A program made the translations under genes and the position numbers. A stretch of DNA of 63,467 nucleotides, counting the filler, from Folioceros fuciformis (lineage: Eukaryota), in NCBI GenBank assembly GCA_049999805.1. It is 16 parts of 16 records of this genome, joined end to end, with 100 filler letters (N's around TTAATTAATTAA, not from the genome) between each part and the next. Parts side by side here need not be neighbours in the genome. Positions count along the whole stretch, not along the records: positions 1 to 4,266 come from JBNGIO010003726.1; positions 4,367 to 13,709 come from JBNGIO010003728.1; 14 more parts are not named here. One strand, 5' to 3'. Below, piece after piece: positions 1-12,800 of this stretch; positions within the stretch are counted from its first letter, which is position 1, and each line of letters opens with the position of its first letter. The notes under the pieces are model-generated. The model saw nothing but the letters and a program-made list of their open reading frames with translations. It was not told the DNA's origin and searched no databases.

Positions 1-149
1 AAGGGGGAAAGGGGGAAAAGGGATGGGGGCGGCTGCAACCCCTGCCTCTAGCTCTAGCTAGGGCATGGCCTCCCCAGCCGTTCATGTCAGCCAAGCAATC
101 AGCCAGCCTATCGTCAGACCCTGACCCCTGACACTGACATACCCAGATA

Positions 150-478
150 CCCGTTCCTATGTTCAAACCATTATTATATTATTATTTAATTATTTAATAT
201 TATATATCTTTAATTAATATTAAACTAATCACCCAACCCTATGGCCTGGTACCGAACCTAAACCTTCCCAGGTCTGGGACCAAACCTATACCCACTCTTA
301 TAACCAAACCAACTATTTCCTGGTCAATTAACCCAATTAGCACAAAGAAAAATAGGAAAAATGACCAGAAAATCAAGGAAAATTAGGGAAAATAAGTTGA
401 AAAAGAAAACCAAACCATACCACTATTAACCCTTTTTCAACCAAAACAAACTACTACCCTAAACTTTGGAGGTTCACA
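150..478 (-). mobile_element. LTR terminus, family A (reads TGTGAACCTCCAAAG... on the minus strand)
   Basis: Near-identical copies end sharply at ...ggaggttcaca at 478, 677, 48744 and 58968, each followed by a different flank. Confidence 0.8.
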
Positions 479-677
479 TCAGGTGAGCCTGTAGGAGAAA
501 GGAGTCATTCACTTTGGGAGTCAGTCTATCTCTTAGTGAGCTCTTNNNNNNNNNNNNNNNNNNNNNNNNNNNNNNNNNNNNNNNNNNNNNNNNNNNNNNN
601 NNNNNNNNNNNNNNNNNNNNNNNNNNNNNNNNNNNNNNNNNNNNNCAAACTACTACCCCAAACTTTGGAGGTTCACA

Positions 678-870
678 CTTTGGAAGATGTTTTGTATGTC
701 CCAGGGATGGCTAAAAACCTCATGTCTTTGAGCCGGCTGATGGGTCTAAGACTATACAATATGTTTACAGACAAAATTCATGCTCCTTCCACACTACCAT
801 TGTCCCACATATGTTAGTGTTCAATGGTATCCCTGATTATGACCTGTATCGTCTTGACGTCCACTACAAG
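678..870 (+). pseudogene. Ty1/copia pol fragment (protease-integrase linker)
   Basis: Translates as LEDVLYVPGMAKNLMSL, the typical copia L.DVLYVP..KNL.S motif. It is truncated by a family A LTR end at 677. Confidence 0.65.
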
Positions 871-877
871 TCCAAAC

Positions 878-3460
878 CTACAGCCACTGGCTCCAGCCAC
901 CAGAGGTCAGTTGGATTCCAAATAATTCATCTAGCCCAAATAGGGTTGTTTGCTCAGTGACCATGAGGTTGCTTTCGAAGAGGAGCCTCTGTAGCCACCT
1001 TCCAACTTCACTCCAAACACCACCACTGAAAGAACAGAAGTTGGCTTTTGTGGGGAGCACCCACACTACATAGTCTGCACCACTCCTCCCCGTAGCCACC
1101 AATAGGCCGTCCCAACGATTAGCATTAAGCAAGCAAGCTTGGAAGAAGCACCAAATGGTTACCCTCACCTTGGGAATGATACTTATAGCTGACCACAGGA
1201 GTTTTATAGTTGCTCTCTAACGACAAAGGGATAGTTTCAGCCTGGGTGCCAATGGTTTTTGCTAATATATTTTCTACGAGCGCACAAGCCAAAGGTAGAT
1301 ATCAACCAATGGAAAGTTGAAGAAAGACCTCGCATTCTCCTGCCTACTCCCGGGACTCCCAAGCCATCTGAAGAGGTTAGGACACAACACTAACTCCCAA
1401 TTCTCCTTCAAGCGAAACCAGCACCTTAATTGAGCTTGTTGCAAAGGTTGTTTCTTATTGCCTTGTTCTTCTTGGGTGCACCATTGACCCACCCACATGG
1501 TTCTATACAGGACTGTGATCCTCCATAAATCCTCACCACAAACCACTCCTTCCTCTCTACCTATCTCCTCCAAAAACCCCTCTGTATTCATCATCCAATA
1601 GGATAAGTTCCCACTGACCCCTGTCAGTGATGACACAAATATTGCCCAATCTAATTCTGGAGAAGATGCTTCCTCTTCTTGGTCAGAATCCCTTGTCTTA
1701 CAGTCCATGGCAAAAACTCCCCACGTATTACCACGGATAACTGCTGTAGTAGCGCCTGGTTCATCCCGTCATCCATCCCTTCTTGCAACCAGGAAAGGAT
1801 TAGTCTCACGTGCTGAGATGGAATCCCGAACTCTTCTTGTATCTTGTCCAATGACTTTCAACAAGACTCTACTCAATTTCACAAGTGCCCAAGCTGGAAG
1901 AGCTCTTTTAGACTAGTTGAACCAAAAATCTGGGACCGATACACTCGAGGTATAAAGTCTTGTGTCCATAACCCCCTAAATCCTTGAAGAGGCATGCCTA
2001 GCACATTGTCCACGTTTAGAGGCTTGGCTGAAAGGAGGAAGGTTTTAACCTCTAAGAAGCTACTCCAAATCAAGGCAAGAAGCGGAGAACATTCCCTAGT
2101 GTCGAGCAAAGGCTTGTCCACCAGAATGTTATCCATCGACCTCCATCCCTTGGAAACCGCTTGTTCCAAGTGCTGGGTTAACAAGGTTTTCCAAGTGTAT
2201 CCCGCTCGGTCAGCTGCATTCAAAACCCATTGCGCATGTAGAATCTTCATTTTGCTCATAGAATCCACCAAACCCAAACAACCCAACCACTTGCACCGAA
2301 TAATATGTTGCCATGCCACCTTATGGGAAGAGGAGAGCAACTCCCTAGACTTACTCCATAAGAAGTTAGTCACAATGTGTTGCAACCTCCTCAAGTCCGC
2401 CTTATTAGGAGCCCTTAAGAACAAATAATACCACAAGGAAGCAGTCAAAATGTGGTTTAGCACCACAATCCTACTTGCAAGACTAAGATCTAGAAGACAT
2501 AATCTGGTAGCTCTCCGAATGAACCGGAGGCTGACATATTTACTTATCTCCCTATTCTCATCCCTTTCTTGGAACGGCAAACCTGGGTACTTGTGTGGGG
2601 AGCCTGGTTGAACCCGAATAATGTGGCTGATGCAAGCAAGTGGCTCCCCTTGCATATTGATGCATAGCATCCTAGTCTTACTCCAATTTCCGTTACATCT
2701 TGATAACTGACCAAAAACCTATGCCTCGGAGAACAAGGTTGTTAAAGAGGCTGCATCTACATATCACAATAGCAATGTATTGTCAGCAAATGCTGAGATA
2801 CGTAGCTGCAAGCCATCGGGATTCTGAATGCCTTCAATCGCTAGATCCTGTTTGACTACGCACAAAAGAAAGTTAGTGACGATAATACACAAAAAGGGGG
2901 CCAATGGGCATCCTTGACATACCAAGCGCGTAACATCAAACCGTTTGGCATAAGATCTGTTGACAGATACCATTGCACCTGCATCTTCACAAAGAATTGC
3001 GAACCACTTGCAAAAGTTGTTACCAAGCCCAAAGCTCCGTTCACACCTCCATAAGAAACGCCATTCAACAAAGTCATATTGCCTTATAAAAATCTAAGGA
3101 GATGAACACTATCGGCTTATGTTGAGTCACAGAAGTTATACTTGGCCTCACACAAGAGCAATAAGTTATAAAGAATCCACTTGTTCTAGATGAACCCCCA
3201 TTGTTCCACCTCCAACCACTTGTCCAGGAAGGGCTTGATCTTGTTTGCCAAGACTTAAGCAATCACTTTGCAGGTGGTCGTTAGCAGAGTGATGGGTTGC
3301 TAGTTAGCGATGGAGAGACTAGCAACTTGTTTAAGTAAAAGAGAAATAAGGCCAAGTTGAACCACGGGCCCTTACTACCTGTGGACTCCACATCCTGAAT
3401 AGGTCCTTGGAAAATGGTAAGATTTCTCTTTTTGGGAATCTCTAAGTGAACCCTGTGGTG
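878..3460 (-). mobile_element. Degenerate L1-type LINE ORF2 (RT through zf-RVT region)
   Basis: Fragments PITLLTTTCKVIA, LDFYKA, CQGCPLAPFL, SAFADNTLL, KYPGLP, FLW...KVAW...LGL and IIPKVRVTIW occur in LINE order, with many stops and frameshifts. Confidence 0.9.
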
Positions 3461-3465
3461 AAAAA

Positions 3466-4266
3466 GTTAAAAGATTAGGAAAGATTAGTAGCTAGATTAA
3501 TGGTGAGGTGAGATGTGTCTTTGAAGGGTTGCTGGAATGATCTGAGAGAAGGGATGGAATGATTTGAGAGAGGAGGGAGAGGGTTGAGAGGCACTGACCA
3601 TTTTAGTAGTCTTGAGAGGTTGGTCAATTTTGGTAAGGGCACCCAGTGGTGTCCATGGGACACAACCCCTTTCAGGTCAGAACTAGGTTTGGGTCAAAGT
3701 TAGGGTTAGGTCAGAGTTAGGTTTAGGTCAAAATTAGGGCCGGCTTAGGTCAGAGAGAGATTGCTGGGTGGTTGACTGAGGCTAACCCTAATAGATAGAG
3801 ATGGAGTTTTGGGCCAAGGTAGTATAAGAGGCTAGACCTGCCGTTGAGGAGGGGGCTGTCTACGATGCGATTTCCCTGGACCTTGGGTGCAGAACTCCTG
3901 GCTTAGGGCGCTGAGCTGGTTGAGACTAAACCAAGGTCTTGATTTCCCTTGCCACTAGGGGAACGTGGAGGATCCCAAGACTGCCAAGATTCGTGTGGCC
4001 GGATCCGCAATGGCTGACCATCTTGCATGCTGGCTGAGGTGAGGTTGCAGGGCCGTGAGCCAAGGAGGCTACCCAGCCCTAGGCCTCGCCTTTGCCTTGA
4101 AGGCTGCAAGAGGGAAGGCTGTTGTGTTCCAAATTGCAGGAGAGAAGGGTTGAGTTGCAGATTTTGGAAGTGGAAGTGTTGAAGTGAGAAGTTGAGCTGA
4201 AGTGAAGAGCTGGAGGGTGAAGTGAAGTGCTGAAGTGAAGGACTGAAGTGCTCAAGTGAAGTGCTG
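3466..4266 (-). repeat. Family C LTR-like repeat fragment
   Basis: Reverse-complement match to 35900-36411 and 58969-59950 (cacttcag-rich tract, gcggatccggccaca, aacctaa-rich tract). Confidence 0.75.
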
Positions 4267-4557
4267 NNNNNNNNNNNNNNNNNNNNNNNNNNNNNNNNNN
4301 NNNNNNNNNNTTAATTAATTAANNNNNNNNNNNNNNNNNNNNNNNNNNNNNNNNNNNNNNNNNNNNGACAGCCAACCAGCTTGCGCCACCGCCGGGTCTG
4401 TCCTTCTTGCCTAGATCCACCGGCAGCCCCGAGCCGCCTAGATCCTGCCATAGCCCAGGGCGCCCTACCTGCTTGGGTCCGGTCTGCCTTCAACCAGCCT
4501 GACTTGCCTAGATCCACCTCCAGCCCGCCACGGATGTCAGCCTGACTGCTAATCCAG

Positions 4558-4624
4558 CTTGCCATAAATCCGCTCGGCTTGCCACAGATTTGCTCCGACT
4601 TGCCACAGATTTGCTCCGACTTGC
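4558..4624 (+). repeat. 21-bp minisatellite (ttgccacagatttgctccgac), about 3 copies
   Basis: Direct tandem copies running into an N gap. Confidence 0.7.
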
Positions 4625-4965
4625 NNNNNNNNNNNNNNNNNNNNNNNNNNNNNNNNNNNNNNNNNNNNNNNNNNNNNNNNNNNNNNNNNNNNNNNNNNNN
4701 NNNNNNNNNNNNNNNNNNNNNNNNTAACCCGTGTCTTGGTTAAATAAGACATGTTGGGTTAATCTCATTAATACCCCCACTTAAGCCAACATGCTTGGGG
4801 ACGTACACCGCTAACAAACTTCGACTAGGTACGAAAGCGGGTTCCTGCATACACACTCCCTCATTACACCAGCCCGCGCTGAGACAGCATAAGGGACGGG
4901 GAATCGCAGGGCTTCAACCAGAATCGCATGCAGGCGGTGCACTGGCACAAGACATCCACAGCGCA

Positions 4966-7900
4966 ATGCCACCAGGAGCGGGAAGCCATGGAGCCCGACG
5001 CCAAGGAATTTCTGGAGACGAAGCGCCCAACACGCATCAACCTGCAGCTCCGTCACCGCCCGCTCCTACAGACCACGATCTACTGGCACGCCATGCTCAA
5101 GCTCTCCAGGGTCTGCGAGTGAGATGGAGCGGACCATTTGGGGTTGTGAGGCATACAGTTGCAGATGAGGAAGGATCCAGTTCGCACCCTGTTGCCAGTG
5201 TCACCACACTCAATTCCACTGCCAACTCCGAGGGCGAGGAGGAGGAGGAGGTGAACACATACACAAGGTATGTATTACAAAAATCTAAAGAAGCATCTTG
5301 ATTAGAATGATCGTGTGTTGTAGTAAAATAACAAAAGGCAAAGTGTCTTATGCCATACGCCATGGCGGTTAGGTATTTTGTGTTTGTGTCTTTTCACATT
5401 AGGCTATCTAGCCCTAGCTAAAACTCATTTAGCTTAACCTAATTGTTGACTAGCTGACGCTAGACTATTTCTAGGCTTCACTTCGCACCCCCACTTAGTC
5501 GTAGCCGTCAGCCGCCACTGATTTACTTGATCACCGCCACTGATTTACTTGATCACTTCATCTTCCTTCTTCTCGGCTTCAATGTCAGACCTGTGTCTCA
5601 AGCCAAGTCCAACAAAATGCAAGTTATGTTTTTCTTTTGCTAGAGCCTTGGTCAGTAAATCAGCTGTATTGTCATCTGTGGGGATGTAACTGAGACTGAT
5701 TATCTTGTTGGCAATTGCATTTCTTATGAAATGTTGTTTCACCTCCACATGTCTCGTACGAGCATGCGAGATAGGATTCCTGGCTATGGCAATGGCAGAC
5801 TGATTGTCGCAATACATTGGCGTTGGCTCCTGTTGTTGGTAACCTAGAGTTTCCAAGAAATTTCGTAAGTGCATAACTTCTTGAGCTGCAGTTGTGGCTG
5901 CCGCATATTCGGCCTCTGTAGACGATAGTGCAAACACTGTTTGCTTCTTTGAAGACCAACTAACGAGGCCGCCACACACCTTAATACAATATGCAGATAT
6001 GGACCTACGTGAGTCCTTATCATCAGCCCAATCAGAGTCCGTCTTGCACTCCATCCAAGTCCTTCCATCAGCCCCTTTCTTGCTATACAAAAGTCCTAGG
6101 TCGGATGTGCCTTTCAGGTACCTAAGGACACACTTAGCAGCTATCCAATGCTGCTGTCCAGGGTTAGCTAAGAATTGTGAGGCAATTGATGTTGCATGGG
6201 CAATATCTGGTCTAGTCCAGCCACTCAGCCATAGCAGACACCCTACAAGAACTCTATATGGTATATTCTCCATCTCCTTCTGCTCAGCAATAGTCTTGGG
6301 ACATTGATCTTGTGTCAAGGTAGCCCCCACTGCAGCTGGAGTTGCTGCTGGCTTCGCATTTTGCATGTTGAACTTCTCAAGTAATCTATTCACATAATGC
6401 TGCTGATGGAGAAATATGCTTCCCGTCACTGGGTTCATGAGTGCTTGGACACCTAGGAAGAATTTGCAAGGGCCCAAATCTGTCATTTTGAATTCCAATG
6501 ACAAGATGCCTTTTACCTCTTTTATCATGCCATCATCAGATCCAAAAATGATTGTGTCATCAACATACACCGCTAGGTAGGCAGTCTGCCCTTGCTTCTT
6601 ATATACATAGACACTGCCATCAGCATCTGATTGCTTAAACCCTCTCCTTACAAGGTATGTGTGCAACCTCAAGTTCCACCCACGATTTGATTGTTTGAGA
6701 CCATACTGGGTTTTCTTCAGCCTACAAACCTTGCTTGGGTGCTTGGCATCAATATAGCCTTCAGGCTGCATCATGTATACCTCTTCTTCAAGGAGGCCAT
6801 TAAGGAAAGTTGTTTGTACATCCATCTGGTGGATGCGATAACCTTCGTGAGCAGCAACAGCCATAAGTGTCCTTAATGATGACGCACGTACAACAGGAGA
6901 GAAAGTCTCATTGTAGTCTATCCCTTCTCTTTGTGAGAATCCACGCACCACTAGTCTAGCTTTGAACCTAGCTGTGCAGCCATCAGGGTTGAGTTTCCTC
7001 TTGAACACCCATTTGTTTGAAATCGGCCTCCTTCCTTGGGGTAAATCAACTAATTCCCAAGTCTCATTTTCAATGAGGGAATCAAATTCTGATTTGATCG
7101 CTGATTGCCATTGCTCCTTCTCCGGTGAGTTTATGGCTTCTTTGTAGGATGCTGGTTCACCTAGGTCTTGGGCTGCTATGAGTATTTGAGCCAACATGGC
7201 ATTCATATTTGCATTCGGCCGTATGTGCCCTTCCATGGCAAGGGGCACTTGACTCCATTCCAGGGGAGAGCTTGTATGGTGTCTCGATGATGATGGTCTT
7301 GTACTAAAACGGCCACCACAACCCCCTCTTCCTCCTCTGCCAGCATAGAGGACCTGGTTGTGCGAACCTTGGCCTCCACAGCTTGAGTGCATGGTAGCCT
7401 CCTCCTCAAGCAAAGCACCAATAGTGTTGGATAAGGACACAGTAGCAGCAGTGGCAGTCCTCAGGCTGTTGTTTTGTGTACTGACAAATACCTGGTATTT
7501 GTCTGGCAGTGACATGAGCAAAGCCACTGAAGCCTGCAACTCCGTGACTGTCGTGCCTGCGGATGCCAGCTTCTGTCTAAGGTGGGGAAATCGCATCACA
7601 TGCTCCTCAACACTGTCCGTGTCCTTCATCTTACAGTTCCAAAAGGATCTCGTGGCATGTACCAGGGAGGACTGATTTGTGGTCGCAAACATTTGTGACA
7701 AGGCTGTCCAGGCCATGTGTGATCCAGAGGCATCATCGATGTGGTGGATCATTGAACTGTCAATGGTGGCCTCCAATAGGGCCCTTGCTCTAAGGTCTTT
7801 CTTCATCCAGACTGCAACATCGGCCTACGGTGCGTTGGCCCCTGGCTTGGAGATTGTGCCATCCACGATGTCCCACAATTCCTCGACTTGCAGCAAGGTC

Positions 7901-9589
7901 TTGACCCTACGAGCCCACACATCATAATTTGCTCCAGAGAACCGATCCTTGTCCTTGAAGTCAAGCCGTGTCACATTCGCCATGATAGCTGGTGAGCCTG
8001 TCAACCAGGTGGGCAATGTTCCTTGGAGCCAATGTCGAGATTTTGAGGATGTCGATGGTGGTGAAATGGAGCGGGCTTTCACAGGCACGGTATCAACATG
8101 CCGCCCCTTGCTTCTGCATCGTGGCCTCTCAGCAGAAGTTCACCTCTTCGAAGGCATCAACCATGGTAGCAGGTTGTGACATCAAAAACAAATATGGAGG
8201 GATCGCAGTGGCTTGCTCCAGTCTCAGAAGTGCACACTTATTGGCCGCACCCTACAATTGTTGCCACCACGGTTTGCTCTTGCCTCCAATCTTTACCGCC
8301 ACGGCCAAGTAGTGGTCTGATTGCTACTGCTGAAGTTGCTCCATTGAAAATCGCTGTCACCACGGCCTGATTCTGCCTTCACTCCTTGCCGCCGGTGCTT
8401 GAGTTTGCCATCGATTGTTGTCACGTCTCTGCCATGCCTAATTCTGCCTAAGATCGTTGCCACCGCGGGCTGCTGCATCCACGGTTTGCTCCTGCTCTAC
8501 TCGATGTTGCCGCGCCTGGATTCTGCTATGCAACCATCCAAGAACTCCATGCATGTTTGTGCCTACGGCTGGGAGGGAGCGGAGCCCTCACAACCACGCT
8601 CAATCGTGCTAGAAATTCGTTGCCGCGTCGCTGCAAGGTCTGGTTCCCTGCCCCAGTTGCTGCCGCAGATGTTGCCACCTTGGCCTGTGCCAGCCACATA
8701 TTCCTGCCGGGCCGCTGCAGGGCATGATCACCTCCTAGATCACTGCCACAGTGCAATTGCCATGGTTTGTTGACAACTTGGAGAAACATCTGTGTGGCAG
8801 AGAATTCATCGCCTCGACTTGCATCTCGTGCATCAGGACCTCAAAGGAAGCGGGCCCTCACTGCCATACTACACCACACCATCGTCGTGCCGTGCTGTGC
8901 TATGGCATCACACCTCTGATCTCATGCACACGGCATGGATGAGAGAAAAAAAACGTTGGCAATGACAAGCGCGATGCATCCCGGCTTATTGCTCACAAGG
9001 ATTTATTGTTCACATTTTTCCCTTTTTTTATTCCTTTTTTTGTTTCAAAAGGAAAGATCACAATCGCCTCCTCTCCATGGCATCGTTGACCACCTAGCTC
9101 TGATTCCATACAAAAATCTAAAGAAGCATCTTGATTAGAATGATCGCGTGTTGTAGTAAAATAACAAAAGGCAAAGTCTTGTGTCTTATGCCATACGCCA
9201 TGGCGGTTAGGTATTTTGTGTTTATGTGTCTTTTCACATTAGGCTATCTAGCCCTAGCTAAAACTCATTTAGCTTAACCTAATTGTTGACTAGCTGACGC
9301 TAGACTATTTCTAGGCTTCACTTGGCATGTATCCCGACGTCTGGCCCAGAGCTCAAGCCGCAGTGATGTCAACTCTCAGTTGCAAGTAGCCCTCACCAAC
9401 GTAGTAGCAGCAACTAATCTTCTCGAAGCCAAGAGTGCTAAAGAAGATGATCAGCAAGCCACTGTCGAAGAAGATGTACCTGCTCAAGCAGCACCACGAA
9501 TCCCATACAGAAGACAAAGGTGCTGGGTATGTGTTAAGCAAGACGGGAGGTGCACTGTGTGTGGTAGGAAATACCACAAGGAGATCTGA
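4966..9589 (+). CDS. Putative antisense ORF in the outer copia 3' region (4966-5275 + 9333-9589, about 188 aa), split by the nested element
   Basis: Deleting 5276-9332 joins ...EEEEVNTYTRYV to SRRLAQSS...LQVALTNVV...CWVCVKQDGRCTVCGRKYHKEI* in one frame. Confidence 0.5.
5276..5487 (-). repeat. 3' LTR of the nested copia (212 bp, TG...TA)
   Basis: Direct repeat of 9109-9327, bounded by the PPT and the TSD. Confidence 0.95.
5545..7983 (-). pseudogene. Gag-RT-RNaseH in-frame fusion ORF (812 codons, one premature TAG at 7825-7827)
   Basis: ATG at 7983 (MANVTRLDF..FSGANYDVW, copia gag start), UBN2-like gag and an RGG tract, then directly EPASYKEA, RFKARLV, QMDV, YVDD and RNaseH (TDSDWA, SSTEAEY, CDNQSAI, ADLLTK). 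Confidence 0.9.
9109..9327 (-). repeat. 5' LTR of the nested copia (219 bp, TG...TA)
   Basis: Bounded by TSD TGTAT and an abutting tRNA-iMet-type PBS. Confidence 0.95.
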
Positions 9590-9860
9590 CACTAAGCATC
9601 TGTCAAGAGATAGGAGAGTAAGACTTTTCTTCACTAGTCACGTTTAGATTTCTGAACGACAGCTTCATCCCCTGACTAGGATACTCACCCTTACGTGGCT
9701 TGTCACAGGCGTGGACACAAAACAAGCCTCACCAAACAGAAAAAGTTAGGGGGCTTTACTGTTCTGTGTTTTTGGTAATCAGCCTATGATAGGAAGTAGA
9801 AGACACTAGATGACCTACAGAATAGGGAAGAGACCAGACAGCACCCAGACAAGTAATTTA

Positions 9861-12800
9861 TCATGGATAAGTAAATTCTCGTAACCCTAAGGCTGCAACA
9901 TGTTGAAAGTGGCGGCTCCTCAGCAACCCTTTTGTAAGAATGTCTGCAGTGTTGTCATTTGAGTTCACATACTCCACCCTAACAGTTCCACGTTCTACAG
10001 CATCTCGTATATAGTGATGATATAACTCGATATGCTTGGTACGTGCATGAAAGCGTGGATTGGAGACAAGAGCTATCGCACTCATGTTGTCACAGAACAA
10101 AATGGTAGGTCCCTCTTGCTTCTACTGAATTGATTCGAGAAATTGTCTTTCCCACTCAGCTTCCTTGCATGCGTCTATAAGTGCTTTATATTCGGCTTCA
10201 GTTGATGAGAGAGCAAGTGAGGTATGTTTCTTACAGCTCCAACTCACCACAGCGGAAGACAGTAGGAAACAGTAGGCTGAAAGACTTCTCCGAGAATCTG
10301 CATCCGAGGCCCAATCAGCATCTGCAAAGGAGTTAAGTACCAAACTCATACTGCCACTTGCTGAATACTGTAGGCCATAGGAAACAATGCCTTTCAAATA
10401 TCTGTAAATCCGTTTGACAGCAGCCCAATGTATGCGTCCAGGTTGCTTCAAGAACTAAGACACAACACTGACGGAATAACTAATGTCTGGACGGGTCCAA
10501 TTTGAGAGAAAAATTAGGCAACCTACTGCCTCAGCATAAGGGATAGCTGCCATCTCAACCTTGTCATGAGAAGTCTGATCTTCGGCTGTCAACCTAACCC
10601 CCACTACTGAGGGAGTAGCAACTGGTCTAGCATGCTGTAAGTTGAAACGACATAGGATTTCTTTCAAATACTCAGTCATCAATGCATAGTGATTATGCCA
10701 ACTGACCTATTTCTCAATATCTGAATGCCCAGATAGAACTAAAGATCTCCTTGATCTGTCATCTCGAATTCCCAGCGCAACATCTCTTTTACTATGGCAA
10801 GCTGCTCAAGGTTGGTGCTCAACAGCACACAGTCATCCACATACAACGCAAGGATGACAAACTGAGCACCAACGGGAAGGAAGAACACATTGCTATCAGC
10901 AGGAGACTGAAGAAAACCAAGCTGTTTAAGGTACTTCATAATTTGCTTATACCAAGCCCTAGGAGACTGTTTTAAGCCATAGATCGTTTTAAGTAGCCTA
11001 CAAACTTTCTGTGGGTACTTTTTGTCCACAAATCCTTCAGGCTGATCCATGTATAGTGTCTCCTCTAACTCACCATGTAAAAATGTTGTGCAGACATCCA
11101 TCTGCTGTACCTCCAAATCTAGTTCAGCTGCCAAGGTCATCAGAATACGAATGGAAGGGGGTTTTACCACAGGAGAAAACGTATCACCATAATCGATCCC
11201 TGGTATTTGGCTAAACCCCCTTGCTACTAGCCTAGATTTATACCTGGCTATAGTGCCATCAGCATGGAGTTTAGATTTGAAATCCCACTTGCAACTAATG
11301 GGTTTTCGTCCTGTTAGCAGATCAACCAATTCCCACGTCTGGTTTTTAATGAGCGAATTGTACTCATCAGCAATAGAGAGCTTCCATTTTTCTCCATCAG
11401 GACCATGAACAGCTTCAGGATAAGATTGGGGATTAGGTCACACTTCAGGTACACTCAAATCTACAGCTTGTGCTTGAGAGCGACGAAAATCAACTGACTG
11501 ATATGGAGGTTCAGACCATTGCTCCCTAGGATGCCTGTCACGTGAAGGATACCTGGGTTCAGGTTGATCAAGGACTTCAACTGGAGGAAGAACAACTGAA
11601 GGCTCAGAATCTATCTGGTCTTCACCACTAGAAGAAGAACTTTCTAAAACATCCAAGTCCTCATTTAACTCATCATCTGAATGGACAGGTGCTGCTGGAT
11701 CAAGATCACCATCAAGGTGATCAGGGGGATCATCTTGCTCCACATCTAGTGCATCCTCAAGCTCAGGTAATTCAGTTACAGACTCTCCATCCGAACCAAG
11801 ATATTCCACATAAGGAAAGTGTTGAAGTTCAGTTGCTAAACTGACAGGAGTAAATTTGTCTTCAGGAGGCACAGATAATGATTCTGAATTGACCCCCACT
11901 AAAGCAAAGCTGGTCTGAAGCAAGACTTGAACGAGCAGAGATAGGTTCATCAAACACCACACTCCTTGCCAACACCACTCTTTGGGTAGGTGAATCAAGC
12001 AACCTGTAAGCTTTGGTGGTTTATGAATACCCTAGAAAAATATATGGTTTTGTCCTATCATCCAGCTTACGATGACGTGGCTTAGGGACATATGCATATG
12101 CTAGAGAACCAAAGACCCTCAAATGGAGAAGACTTGGTTTCTTCTTCCAAAACACTTCATAGGGGGTTTTTCCGGGAACAGCTACTGTTAACACGCAATT
12201 CAGGATATAAGCTGCTATTGAAATAGCTTCTGCCCATAACCTCTTTGGTAAGCCTGCCCAATTGAGCGTACTTCTTGTCATTCCCATCAAAGTTTGATTC
12301 TTTCTTTCTGCAACTCCATTCTGTTGCTGAGTATATGGTACTGAATACTGATGAATAATGCCTTGTGATTGGAACATATCATCATATCTGTGGCCTGAAA
12401 ACTCCCCACCACCGTTCGAAGACATTTAATGAGGTTTCTAGTATGTCTTTGAACCAAGGAAATCCAGGACTCTATACACTCAAAGGCATCACTCTTGAGC
12501 TTGATTGGAAAGACCCAAGTATATCGAGAGAAATCATCAATCAAGGTAAGGTAATATTCAGCACCACCCAAGGACCTGATTTGAAGCTTTCCAGCAAGGT
12601 CAACATGAACAAGTTCTAAGACTGATGTTGCCCTTTGTGCTTGCTTGTTCTTAAAGGGTAGCTCCTTATGCTTAGAAAGAACACAAGAGCTACACACTGA
12701 CAGATTCTTAAAACAAGGAGGTAGTTTCTCCCTGAAGCTATTCAAAGAGGCCATCAAGTTGAGCTTTTTCTTGTTGACATGTCCTAACCTGGCATGCCAC

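Larger units (their letters stand above)
5276..9327 (-). mobile_element. Complete nested Ty1/copia element, 4052 bp, lacking protease and integrase
   Basis: LTRs at 9109-9327 and 5276-5487 differ by 2 substitutions and 2 small indels. Perfect 5-bp TSD TGTAT at 5271-5275 and 9328-9332. PBS tggaatcagagc at 9097-9108 and PPT at 5488-5496. Confidence 0.95.

Noticed and set aside
3683-3750. Interstitial telomere
   Set aside because: Not a pure TTTAGGG array; it is an internal part of a dispersed repeat (family C).
4311-4322. Recurrent TTAATTAATTAA palindrome, regularly flanked by N runs
   Set aside because: Artificial six-frame-stop linker used to concatenate scaffolds. It is not biological, and adjacency across it means nothing.
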